Shown piece after piece: positions 20,858 to 29,297 of a stretch of DNA of 56,666 nucleotides. Position numbers and translations under genes: made by a program. Location: positions 1-56,666 of the forward strand of contig JBNLCD010000001.1 of assembly GCA_050303635.1 (NCBI GenBank), read 5' to 3'. Numbering within the stretch: the first letter of the stretch is position 1; each line of letters starts with the position of its first letter. Source of the DNA: Anaerolineae bacterium (GTDB taxonomy: Bacteria; Chloroflexota; Anaerolineae; Aggregatilineales; J027). The notes beneath the pieces are model-generated. The model worked only from the letters and a program-made list of their open reading frames with translations. It was not told the DNA's origin and made no database searches.

Positions 20858-21271
20858 CTAATTTAAAGCCTCTTCAAGCCAAACCATCGCGTCTTCCACT
20901 GAAAAGTACATCTTCCGAATGCGATTCGGATTAGGCTTGGGTAGAGATTGAATAAAAACGCGGGTTGCATTGGAAAATAGACTTTTCGGCATCACAATGG
21001 CTGTCCGCGTCGCCACATCGGGGCGTAAATTAATAAATTCTTGGGAGCGTCTCCGCATGTGAGGTGTCATTACAATGCTGTCAGCCTGTAAGAAGTTATG
21101 CAGAGTTAAAAGTGGGAGTTCGCTTTGCCAATTACTTAATATTTCAATATATTTATTGGCCCAAGCATCAACCATTTCGCGATGGACACTCGTCACATTG
21201 AAAACAACTATTTTGCCATCACGTAACCATTCGAGGGTGAAATTCTCATTTATTTTTTCTGTTGCGGTCAT
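20858..21271 (-). CDS. Small conserved protein, tandem paralog 2 of 3
   Basis: VDAWANK, MTPHMRRRS, LRPDVATRTAIVMP and YFSVEDAMVWLEEAL are collinear with its neighbours. Confidence 0.6.
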   Translation of the reverse strand: MTATEKINENFTLEWLRDGKIVVFNVTSVHREMVDAWANKYIEILSNWQSELPLLTLHNFLQADSIVMTPHMRRRSQEFINLRPDVATRTAIVMPKSLFSNATRVFIQSLPKPNPNRIRKMYFSVEDAMVWLEEALN

Positions 21272-21295
21272 GAGATGTTCCTTTTAAATATCTAT

Positions 21296-21826
21296 TTAAG
21301 TTTCATCAAGGGCTTCTTTAAGCCAATCCATTGCTTGTTCATATGATGTAAAAATTCGACGCTGGCGCGATGATTTATGTGGTTGGGGCAAGGCGCGCAG
21401 AAAAACAGCAGTCATCCGAATAACAAAGCTATCTGGCAAAACGACGGCTGTTCGGGCATTTAAATCAGGTCTTAGCATTACATTTTCGCGGGAACGACGG
21501 CGGAGATGAGGTGTGGTAACGAAATTTTCGATCTCAGAATAATCGTGCAGTGTAAGCAGAATTTTATTTTTGGGCCAAGCAAACATAATCTCTTGCATCT
21601 TATCGGCCCAAGCATCGACTACCTCACGTTTAATGCTGTTTGCATACAAAATTGCAATCTGATGCTCTTCTGCCCATTCTAAGCGGAGGTGTTTATTGAT
21701 TTGGCCGGGTAAAATATCTTTGAGGTTAACCACCATTCTAGCCTCTTTGTTAATTACAAATTTTATATTGAATGTATTGTAACTCAGTGTGCCATTTTTT
21801 ATGCAAAATTCATTTCGAAAAATCAC
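21296..21826 (-). CDS. Small conserved protein, tandem paralog 3 of 3
   Basis: VDAWADK, TTPHLRRRS, LRPDLNARTAVVLP and RRIFTSYEQAMDWLKEAL. The likely true start is ATG at 21736 (MVVNLKD), preceded by AGAGG. The first 30 codons of the track ORF have no counterpart in the paralogs. Confidence 0.6.
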   Translation of the reverse strand: MIFRNEFCIKNGTLSYNTFNIKFVINKEARMVVNLKDILPGQINKHLRLEWAEEHQIAILYANSIKREVVDAWADKMQEIMFAWPKNKILLTLHDYSEIENFVTTPHLRRRSRENVMLRPDLNARTAVVLPDSFVIRMTAVFLRALPQPHKSSRQRRIFTSYEQAMDWLKEALDET

Positions 21827-21871
21827 GTTTAATTAAGATAGCTATTAGATAATGCAGAGGTAAGATTATAA

Positions 21872-22684
21872 ATGTTTGATTTAACGGATAAAATCGCCTT
21901 AATTACAGGTGGTTCAGGTGTCCTTGGCAGTACGTTAAGTTTAGGTCTGGCCCAAGCGGGAGCCAAAGTTCTCATTCTCGGACGCGATTTTGCAAAAGCC
22001 CAAGCGGTGGAATACAAAATTGTGGAACACGGCTATAAAGCTCAAGCAATAAAATGCGATGTGCTTGATAAACAAGCCTTAGAAACAGTCCATGCAAAAC
22101 TCATTGCTGAGTATGGCCGCATCGATATTTTACTCAACGCGGCAGGTGGAAATCATCCGTCGGCCACGGCAATTCCTGATCAACGCAATTTCTTTGATTT
22201 GCCCGAAGATGCTTTACAATGGGTGTTCAATCTAAATTTGATGGGTACATTATTAGCTTGTCAAGTCGTCGGACGGAGTATGGCTGAAGCCGGTCAGGGT
22301 GTTATTTTGAATGTGTCGTCTATGGCCGCTTTCCAACCGCTTACACGGGTGGTTGCCTATGGCAGTGCCAAAGCGGGCATCAATAATTTTACCCGGTGGT
22401 TGGCGGTTTATATGGCTAAAGAACATAATCCAGCTATTCGCGTGAATGCCATTGCACCCGGCTTTTTCGTAGGCGAGCAAAATCGTTTTCTGCTCTATGA
22501 TGAAGCCACCGGTGAACTCACCGCGCGTGGTCAACAAATTATCGACCATACGCCCATGGGACGTTTTGGCAATCCTGAGGATTTAGTCGGGACGGTTTTA
22601 TGGTTAGTGAGTGATGCGTCCCGTTTTGTAACGGGAGTTGTGGTGCCTGTTGATGGCGGATTTAGTGCCTATAGTGGAGTTTAA
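21872..22684 (+). CDS. Short-chain dehydrogenase/reductase, resembling the D-mannonate oxidoreductase-type SDR subgroup
   Basis: TGGSGVLG, a YGSAK catalytic motif and the insertion NAAGGNHPSATA...FFDL. I associate that insertion with UxuB-like SDRs, and this is from memory, not checked. Confidence 0.8.
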   Translation: MFDLTDKIALITGGSGVLGSTLSLGLAQAGAKVLILGRDFAKAQAVEYKIVEHGYKAQAIKCDVLDKQALETVHAKLIAEYGRIDILLNAAGGNHPSATAIPDQRNFFDLPEDALQWVFNLNLMGTLLACQVVGRSMAEAGQGVILNVSSMAAFQPLTRVVAYGSAKAGINNFTRWLAVYMAKEHNPAIRVNAIAPGFFVGEQNRFLLYDEATGELTARGQQIIDHTPMGRFGNPEDLVGTVLWLVSDASRFVTGVVVPVDGGFSAYSGV

Positions 22685-22693
22685 AATTAGCTT

Positions 22694-23962
22694 ATGACAA
22701 TTCTTGCGCAGGCCGTTGCGCCTGATAATCAGTTTTTAGATGAATCAACGATTCGAGAAGTTCTGGAACAAGGTCTAGCCGGACGCTATCCCAATGCCCG
22801 TCTCCTCTTCCTGATTCCTGACCACACCCGCACCATTCCCTTACCTATGTTGTTTCGGACCATTACCAAGATTTTGCACGATGTCCGTCAACTTGATTTT
22901 ATGGTGGCGCTCGGCACCCATCCGCCCTTAAGTGATGAAGCTTTAAACAAATTAGTGGGTATCACCGCTGAGGAACGCACTTCCACTTATCAACATATCG
23001 GCCTGCTCAATCACGATTGGGAAAATGGCGAGGCGCTAACTACATTGGGCATCCTGACCGTTGATGAAATCAAAGAGATTGCCGGCGATCTGTGGCACCC
23101 CTCTCTCGGTGGTGACACTGCGATTCGCATCAATAAAAAGGTGCTCGATTATGATGAAATCATCATTTTGGGTCCAACCTTTCCACATGAAGTTGTTGGT
23201 TTTAGTGGCGGCGCAAAATATCTGTTTCCCGGTATATCGGGCGCAGAAATGATTCATGTCACCCATTGGCTGGGCGCATTGATGACCATTTTGGACACGA
23301 TTGGTATTCAAGATACGCCGATGCGGGACATGATTCATCGTGCGGTGGAAAAAGTCCCGACGCCTATTAGTCTCATTAGCATGGTTGTCATGCACGATGG
23401 CCAACTTGCTGGCATCTTTGTCGGCGATCATCTTACCGCGTGGCGTAAAGCCGCTGATTTATCCGCTCAACGGCACATTATCTGGATTGATAAACCCTTC
23501 CAAAAAGTTTTGTCTTGGGCCGATGCCAAATATGATGAATTATGGACGGGTGCCAAAGCCATGTATAAGTTGGAACCGGCCATTGCCGAAGGAGGTGAAC
23601 TTATTCTCTATGCGCCCCATATGATGGAAGTCAGCATTGTTCACAGTGATAACCTCTATCAGGCAGGCTACCATATCCGCGATTATTATCTGGCCAATTG
23701 GGAACATTATAAGCAATATCCGCTCGGCGTATTGGCGCATGGGACCCACCTCAAAGGCAGTGGCATCATGGAAAACGGCATCGAAAAACCGCGTATTCAA
23801 GTGACTTTATCGAGCCCCATCCCTGAACCCGACTGTGCCCAACTCAATCTGGGTTATCTTGACCCCTCCACCGTGAATCCAGACGAATGGCAAAACCGCG
23901 AAAATGAAGGGGTTTTATTTGTGCCCCATGCGGGCGAAATACTTTATCGAGCGAAACCATGA
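22694..23962 (+). CDS. LarA-like (lactate racemase family, nickel-pincer cofactor dependent) hydroxyacid racemase/epimerase homolog
   Basis: An N-terminal LFLIPDHTRTIPLP segment and PHEVVGFSGGAKYLFPG, which carries the His and Lys expected at the cofactor site. The stop overlaps the next start (ATGA at 23959-23962). Confidence 0.75.
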   Translation: MTILAQAVAPDNQFLDESTIREVLEQGLAGRYPNARLLFLIPDHTRTIPLPMLFRTITKILHDVRQLDFMVALGTHPPLSDEALNKLVGITAEERTSTYQHIGLLNHDWENGEALTTLGILTVDEIKEIAGDLWHPSLGGDTAIRINKKVLDYDEIIILGPTFPHEVVGFSGGAKYLFPGISGAEMIHVTHWLGALMTILDTIGIQDTPMRDMIHRAVEKVPTPISLISMVVMHDGQLAGIFVGDHLTAWRKAADLSAQRHIIWIDKPFQKVLSWADAKYDELWTGAKAMYKLEPAIAEGGELILYAPHMMEVSIVHSDNLYQAGYHIRDYYLANWEHYKQYPLGVLAHGTHLKGSGIMENGIEKPRIQVTLSSPIPEPDCAQLNLGYLDPSTVNPDEWQNRENEGVLFVPHAGEILYRAKP

Positions 23963-25407
23963 GTATCTTAATCATTGATGTCGGCAGTTCATCGGCGCGG
24001 GCTCTGCTCTTTGATGACACTGCCAATCTCATTCCCCAAACCGAAACACGCCGTCTCCACCAATTTCAGAATACTAATGATGGCGGCCTAATCGCTGATC
24101 CTGAAACTTTGCGTGATTTGGTCGAAACCTGTTTGGATGAGATTCTCCAACACCCTGAAGCGGAGCACATCGAAGCGGTGGGCATGACAGGGTTTGTTGG
24201 AAATGTAGTTGGTTTAGATGAAGCCAAACAGCCGCTAACCCCGTTGTTCACCTATGCCGATACGCGTGGCGCGGAACAAATTGCAAATCTCGAAAAATTA
24301 ACGGATAAGCAAGCTAGTCATCAACGCACGGGCTGTTTACTCCATACCGCCTATTATCCGGTGCGCTTGGCATGGTTTGCGCAAGAACAGCCTGATACAT
24401 GGCCAACAATTGCTCAATGGTGTGATTTTGGCACCTATTGTTATCAAACCTGGTTTGGACGGGCAGTTCCAGCTAGCTATTCGATCATGTCCTGGAGCGG
24501 TTTACTCAATCGCGAAAAATTAGATTGGGATGAAGAATGGCTTACTCAGTTGAATTTACCGTCTGAAAAATTACCCAAACTCGCCGAATTCAATGAAGCT
24601 CAACATGGTCTGGTCAGTACTTATGCTCAGCGTTGGCCGCAATTAGCTAATATTCCTTTTTACTTGGCGATTGGTGATGGCGCAGCGGCAAATATTGGAT
24701 CAGGTGCAATTGACAGCCAACATACCGCACTAACCATTGGCACGACAGCGGCGATCCGACGTATTTCAACTGAAATATTACCCACCGTGCCAACTGGTTT
24801 ATGGAGCTATCGTGTCACTGCGCAACATCATCTTATCGGTGGAGCCACCAGTGAAGGCGGCAATATTTATAAGTGGATTGACCGCAATCTAAAATTGACG
24901 AACGATGCAGATCTTGAAAATTATTTACTTACCCAGCCTGCCGATAATCATGGTTTGACCGTGCTACCCTTACTCGCAGGTGAACGCAGTCCGGGATTCA
25001 ATCCGCTAGCGACTGGCGCGATTCTTGGCTTGAATCTGAGCACCAGTCCCCCACAAATTTTGCAAGCATTTTTAGAAAGCATAGGCCTACGTTTGGCTTT
25101 AATTGCTGAACAACTCAATCTATATGAAAATACCCAAATCATGGCGAGTGGTGGCGCTTTAGCAAAATCAACCGCCTGGACACAAATTTTAGCCAATGCC
25201 TTGGATCGCCCCATCAATCTTTTAGCGCATACTGAATTAACATCTCGTGGGGTCGCCATTTTGGTGTTAAGTCATCTCAACCAACAAGCATGGCAAGATT
25301 TTGCCGTAACAGTCCAGAAGACGATAGAACCACAACCAGCTAATGCGGAGCGCTTAGCCCAAGCGCGGCAACGTCAACAGGCGCTCTATGCTAAGCTGTG
25401 GGGATAG
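23959..25407 (+). CDS. FGGY-family carbohydrate kinase (gluconokinase/xylulokinase-like)
   Basis: MSILIIDVGSSSARALLFD at the N-terminus, GDGAAANIGSG and SGGALAKS motifs. Confidence 0.85.
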   Translation: MSILIIDVGSSSARALLFDDTANLIPQTETRRLHQFQNTNDGGLIADPETLRDLVETCLDEILQHPEAEHIEAVGMTGFVGNVVGLDEAKQPLTPLFTYADTRGAEQIANLEKLTDKQASHQRTGCLLHTAYYPVRLAWFAQEQPDTWPTIAQWCDFGTYCYQTWFGRAVPASYSIMSWSGLLNREKLDWDEEWLTQLNLPSEKLPKLAEFNEAQHGLVSTYAQRWPQLANIPFYLAIGDGAAANIGSGAIDSQHTALTIGTTAAIRRISTEILPTVPTGLWSYRVTAQHHLIGGATSEGGNIYKWIDRNLKLTNDADLENYLLTQPADNHGLTVLPLLAGERSPGFNPLATGAILGLNLSTSPPQILQAFLESIGLRLALIAEQLNLYENTQIMASGGALAKSTAWTQILANALDRPINLLAHTELTSRGVAILVLSHLNQQAWQDFAVTVQKTIEPQPANAERLAQARQRQQALYAKLWG

Positions 25408-26161
25408 TGGCGAAATTGCGCCAGGTCAGGCCAATAACCAGCAGAAGTGCCGTCGCAAATAGCAACATGCTAAGTGCCCAAATAGTCAGGCTATGCCAAA
25501 TTTCATCCACGGGCGGCAACCAGATTGGCCGTTCAATCGTCTGCCCACCCAAATCAAAGAGTTCGGTGTAATCAGAGTTGTCGGGACGCACTTTAGCTAA
25601 CGACCAATGGATTGAATCATAAGGAATAAAGGCAATCCATTGCCCATCCGGTGACCATGTTGGGGCGAGTTCGCTAATATCCTCGCTAACAGTGAGCTGA
25701 ATCATGTCTGAACTTTGCGTATCTCGTAAAAATAGTTCTGTATTGGCTTCACTGACGAGATAAGTGGTGACAAGCCATTGACCATCGGGTGATTGCTCAT
25801 AGGGATAAACATCAAGTTCATCACGGGGCGAGATATCCAAGCGTTGCCAATCCCAGCCATTCAAATCAAGGCTATACGCCTGCACATTGACATAATCAAC
25901 CACAACCAACAAATGTAAATGACGCCCATCTTTATCCGCTGTGACCAACGTTTCTTGTTGGGATGTAGCCGTCAACTGATCAAGTTCTTCTGTGTGCGGA
26001 TTATAGCGATAAATATCACTTTGATTCCCCAACACTGAGGAGAAAAATATCCATTCTGCTGTGGAGGGTTGCTGACGTTGAATGAACAAAATTGTACTGG
26101 TGAGTGCTCCGCATAATCCCAGAACCAATCCCAAATAACCTATAAAACGAAACATCATCAT
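25391..26161 (-). CDS. Membrane-anchored TolB-like beta-propeller fragment protein
   Basis: N- and C-terminal hydrophobic helices and a WD40-like PD40 motif (APTWSPDGQWIAF). Its 3' end overlaps the convergent kinase gene by 17 nt. Confidence 0.55.
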   Translation of the reverse strand: MMMFRFIGYLGLVLGLCGALTSTILFIQRQQPSTAEWIFFSSVLGNQSDIYRYNPHTEELDQLTATSQQETLVTADKDGRHLHLLVVVDYVNVQAYSLDLNGWDWQRLDISPRDELDVYPYEQSPDGQWLVTTYLVSEANTELFLRDTQSSDMIQLTVSEDISELAPTWSPDGQWIAFIPYDSIHWSLAKVRPDNSDYTELFDLGGQTIERPIWLPPVDEIWHSLTIWALSMLLFATALLLVIGLTWRNFATIPTA

Positions 26162-26191
26162 ACCTTTAGAAGTTAATCAAATTGTGCATAG

Positions 26192-26223
26192 TTATAAAAA
26201 GGGGTGACATGCTTGCCACCCCT
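26192..26223 (-). terminator. Intrinsic terminator after the FG-GAP/cytochrome c gene
   Basis: On the minus strand: AGGGGTG-gcaagcatgt-CACCCCT followed by TTTTATAAC. Confidence 0.7.
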
Positions 26224-26317
26224 GCGAAATCTGCTTCAGCTATTATATGGATTTGGCGTTATCTGTGATGGCACGTTTCTGCAATGAATACCCTATGCCA
26301 ATCCACAACAAACGTAA

Positions 26318-28480
26318 TTACTGTTGGGCATTGATTTGGCGGATGTAGGCAATAATATCCCACATTTCCGCCGGACCCCAATCTGCCCGTCCGCCATAAG
26401 CTGGCATAATAATTCCGGTCGTGTTGGCGGCATCATCCGCAAAACGTCCTACTTGGAGGAAATACAGCAAATCTTCATCCGAAATATTCTGAATAAAATC
26501 TGTCCCGATCAAGGCCAAACCAACGCCTTCACCACTGCCGCCGGGGCCATGACAGCCAGCACAAACCTCATGATAATGGAGGAAGCCTAAGGCGGGATTG
26601 CCGGGGATGCTGGTATCATATTCTGGCACCGGAATCGGGGTATTTGTTGGCGGGATAATTTGGATAATGGGCGTAATAGTCTGTTCCGATGGGTTCCGCA
26701 GATCATGGTCCGTTGAAAGGAACTCAGCACCACTAATCACATAAATTTCGCCCGTGTTAGAGATCGTATTATAGGCGCCATCACCACCCATGCCATTTGG
26801 CGCAATATCCACAATGCCGTCATTATCAACATCGCCCACCGCCATTGCGTAGGACATCATATCATTTTCATCAGCCCCGACAATATAGCGGACGATTAGT
26901 CCATTGGGTTCGGCACTTGGCAAGAGAATCTGTCCATCATTGGTCGGGAAACCACCGAGTTCACCAAAGATGACCGCGAGAAAACCTGCATTGCGGCGTG
27001 GTTCGAGATCATAACCCATCGGATCATAATCCGGCACACCATAAAACAAATCATCAACACCATCACGGTTTAGATCGGCCACACGTACGGTGTCGCCACC
27101 CTTGCTATAAGTTTGGTCGGGATAAATAGCAACCATTTTGTCAAAATCAGGATCAGCCAGATCAAACGCTTGACCGGGCAATTCACCATCATTATAAACA
27201 ACCCATGCTTCGCCGCTTTCTAATATGGCATTATTGGGTCCATCGCCAATGAGAGTAGCGACGACAACATCCAGTTGACCGTCCCCATTCAAATCACCCG
27301 TAGCAATTTCTTCACCGAGCAAGTCATTTTCATCAGCTCCATAGAAAACAGTAATTGAGTCATCCAGCGGATAGCCAAATTCATCCACCCGTGTCGCTAA
27401 GTCAATAATCTCGCGACGGAAATTAGCGTTCCCGTAAACAATATAGGTCTCACCCGCATTGTAACGGCTATTCCCCGGACCATCACCGCCACCGAAGGAT
27501 AAACCTTCAACACCCGCTGAACCACGCCACAGGGCCGCACTGACAATCGCATCATCGTAGCCATCGCCATTGACATCATCACCCCAGACCGTTGAGCCCA
27601 GCAAATCATCAAAATCGGCTCCAATAATCCAAGTTGCATCTAAATCATCGGTGGCTAAATCGGTGACGGGACGATATTTCGTCAACAAATACTCATCACC
27701 ATAAATAATCCAAACTTCACCCGCATTGGACCGACTATTTTCATAACCATCGCCTTGATTAGCACCAAGGAGCATATCTTCATAGCCATCGCCATCAAAA
27801 TCGCCACCTTCGACCCACATCCCGAAGCGGTCATTGATATTCGCCCCATAGAAGGTCAAAACATAGGCCGGCGGAGTCCGCAAATCAATATCGGTATTCA
27901 AGGCAAAATCTTTGTTGCCCAAAATCAGATAAACGGCTCCGGCGTTAATGCGTTCGAGGGACGCACCATCATTGTTTTGGGCACCGATGACCAAATCATC
28001 GTAGCCATCGCTATTGAAATCGCCGACATAAATTTCAGTTCCAGCCATGTCGCCCGCATAAGCCCCGTAAACAGTCACAACCGTGTGACTAGGCGTTTGG
28101 TCTTCTTCCATCGCAATTCGGCCACCTACGGTGCACATATCCATCACAATACGGACATGACCTGCTTCGCGCCGCGCACCTTCAGGTCGCAACGTGGTCG
28201 CGTTTTGACCTGTAATGGCAATATCCCCACAGCCATCCCCATCAAAATCACCCAAATCCAACGGCTTGCCGGTTTGCGACGCGCCGGCCGGATTGTCATA
28301 GAACACGAAAAGACCGTTTTGCGGCATAATTTTCAAATCCCACGGATTGCGTCCGGTGGGACCCGAATCTTGAGAATTAGCAGGTTGTGAATTTAGCGCA
28401 AGAAAGGCTAGAAAAGAACTTAATATGAAGATAAAAACAAGTAAATAGCGGATTGAATTATGTTTTAAAAGGGACTGCAT
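26318..28480 (-). CDS. Secreted FG-GAP (integrin-alpha-like) beta-propeller fused to a C-terminal class I c-type cytochrome domain
   Basis: Signal peptide. At least 7 repeats of the GDFDGDG / GDFNSDGYDDLVIGA / GDLNGDGQLDVVVA type. The C-terminal 110 aa carry CAGCH heme attachment and an IIMPAYGG Met ligand region. Confidence 0.8.
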   Translation of the reverse strand: MQSLLKHNSIRYLLVFIFILSSFLAFLALNSQPANSQDSGPTGRNPWDLKIMPQNGLFVFYDNPAGASQTGKPLDLGDFDGDGCGDIAITGQNATTLRPEGARREAGHVRIVMDMCTVGGRIAMEEDQTPSHTVVTVYGAYAGDMAGTEIYVGDFNSDGYDDLVIGAQNNDGASLERINAGAVYLILGNKDFALNTDIDLRTPPAYVLTFYGANINDRFGMWVEGGDFDGDGYEDMLLGANQGDGYENSRSNAGEVWIIYGDEYLLTKYRPVTDLATDDLDATWIIGADFDDLLGSTVWGDDVNGDGYDDAIVSAALWRGSAGVEGLSFGGGDGPGNSRYNAGETYIVYGNANFRREIIDLATRVDEFGYPLDDSITVFYGADENDLLGEEIATGDLNGDGQLDVVVATLIGDGPNNAILESGEAWVVYNDGELPGQAFDLADPDFDKMVAIYPDQTYSKGGDTVRVADLNRDGVDDLFYGVPDYDPMGYDLEPRRNAGFLAVIFGELGGFPTNDGQILLPSAEPNGLIVRYIVGADENDMMSYAMAVGDVDNDGIVDIAPNGMGGDGAYNTISNTGEIYVISGAEFLSTDHDLRNPSEQTITPIIQIIPPTNTPIPVPEYDTSIPGNPALGFLHYHEVCAGCHGPGGSGEGVGLALIGTDFIQNISDEDLLYFLQVGRFADDAANTTGIIMPAYGGRADWGPAEMWDIIAYIRQINAQQ

Positions 28481-28561
28481 ACCATTTCTCCTACCGTGTG
28501 GCTACCAGTCAAACATGAATTATTATGGCGCGGTCTGCGGAGAAAATAAAGACATATCCAC

Positions 28562-28800
28562 CTAAAAGAATTCATCGACCAATCGATACCGGCAAATTTT
28601 TGCAGTGTCCGGTGTTATTCCATAAGCTTCAAACAAGATCAGAATGGGTCCCGTGGGGTAAATATTTGAGATAGCGCATTGTCTTTGGGTAGCTTCAGTC
28701 GATACACTTCAGCCGCTGATAGACCATCTTTAGCAGTGGTCCACTGGGCACCATCGATGAGTTGGCTTAATTGGACGGGAATATTTTGGAGCAATGGCAA
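28562..28800 (-). pseudogene. Internally deleted relic of an aminoglycoside-phosphotransferase (APH(3')-like) family gene
   Basis: Hand translation in one frame (28800-28639) gives (L)PLLQNIPVQLSQLIDGAQWTTAKDGLSAAEVYRLKLPKDNALSQIFTPRDPF*. A second frame (28639-28562) gives ILFEAYGITPDTAKICRYRLVDEFF*. These resemble the N-terminus (..W......G.S.A.V.RL) and the extreme C-terminus (..[25 protein letters not shown]) of APH(3')-II. The roughly 190 codons in between are missing. Confidence 0.6.
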
Positions 28801-28817
28801 ACCTTGGCATAGATAGT

Positions 28818-28857
28818 CGAAAATTACTACGATTGATTGCGTGCAACCAATCGTAGT
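28818..28857 (-). terminator. Hairpin terminator after the cytochrome c gene
   Basis: ACTACGATTG-A-TTGC-gt-GCAA-C-CAATCGTAGT long hairpin, followed on the minus strand by AATTTTCG. Confidence 0.55.
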
Positions 28858-28862
28858 TTATT

Positions 28863-29282
28863 CTATTGCAAGGTGAGGAGATAGGCCACCAGATCATCAA
28901 TTTGTTGCGCGGTTAATTTCTCACCAAAGTGTTTATACATCAAACTCATGTCTTCCCCGTTTGCAATATATGCATCTGGTTCAACAATGGATTGATGTAA
29001 ATAGTCGATAGTTGATAAACCATTTACGCGACTACCTGCCCTTGTTGCGATATGGGTAAGTGCCGGACCCACAATGGTTTGGTTGCCTTCAACAGCATGA
29101 CAGGTGCTACATGCGGGGGCGTCCTCATGCCATGCATTGAAAATGATTTGGCCTTCGTCTGGATTTCCGACGGTTTCTGGCGCTGGAATATCTTGATTTT
29201 GTGCACCCGCTTCTTTGCCACCACAGCCCACTAAACCTAGGGCTAACAAGAGCACTAGAAGCAAAATATAATAACGACTCAT
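28863..29282 (-). CDS. Lipoprotein c-type monoheme cytochrome
   Basis: Lipobox LVGC, heme motif CSTCH and a distal Met region (DMSLMY). 139 aa. Confidence 0.8.
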   Translation of the reverse strand: MSRYYILLLVLLLALGLVGCGGKEAGAQNQDIPAPETVGNPDEGQIIFNAWHEDAPACSTCHAVEGNQTIVGPALTHIATRAGSRVNGLSTIDYLHQSIVEPDAYIANGEDMSLMYKHFGEKLTAQQIDDLVAYLLTLQ

Positions 29283-29297
29283 TCACGTTCCTCTCAC

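Noticed and set aside
28730-28810. 26-aa Cys-containing small ORF (MPRFAIAPKYSRPIKPTHRWCPVDHC) downstream of the cytochrome c terminator
   Set aside because: It has no RBS. It is an out-of-frame reading of the same DNA that encodes the APH-like N-terminal relic.
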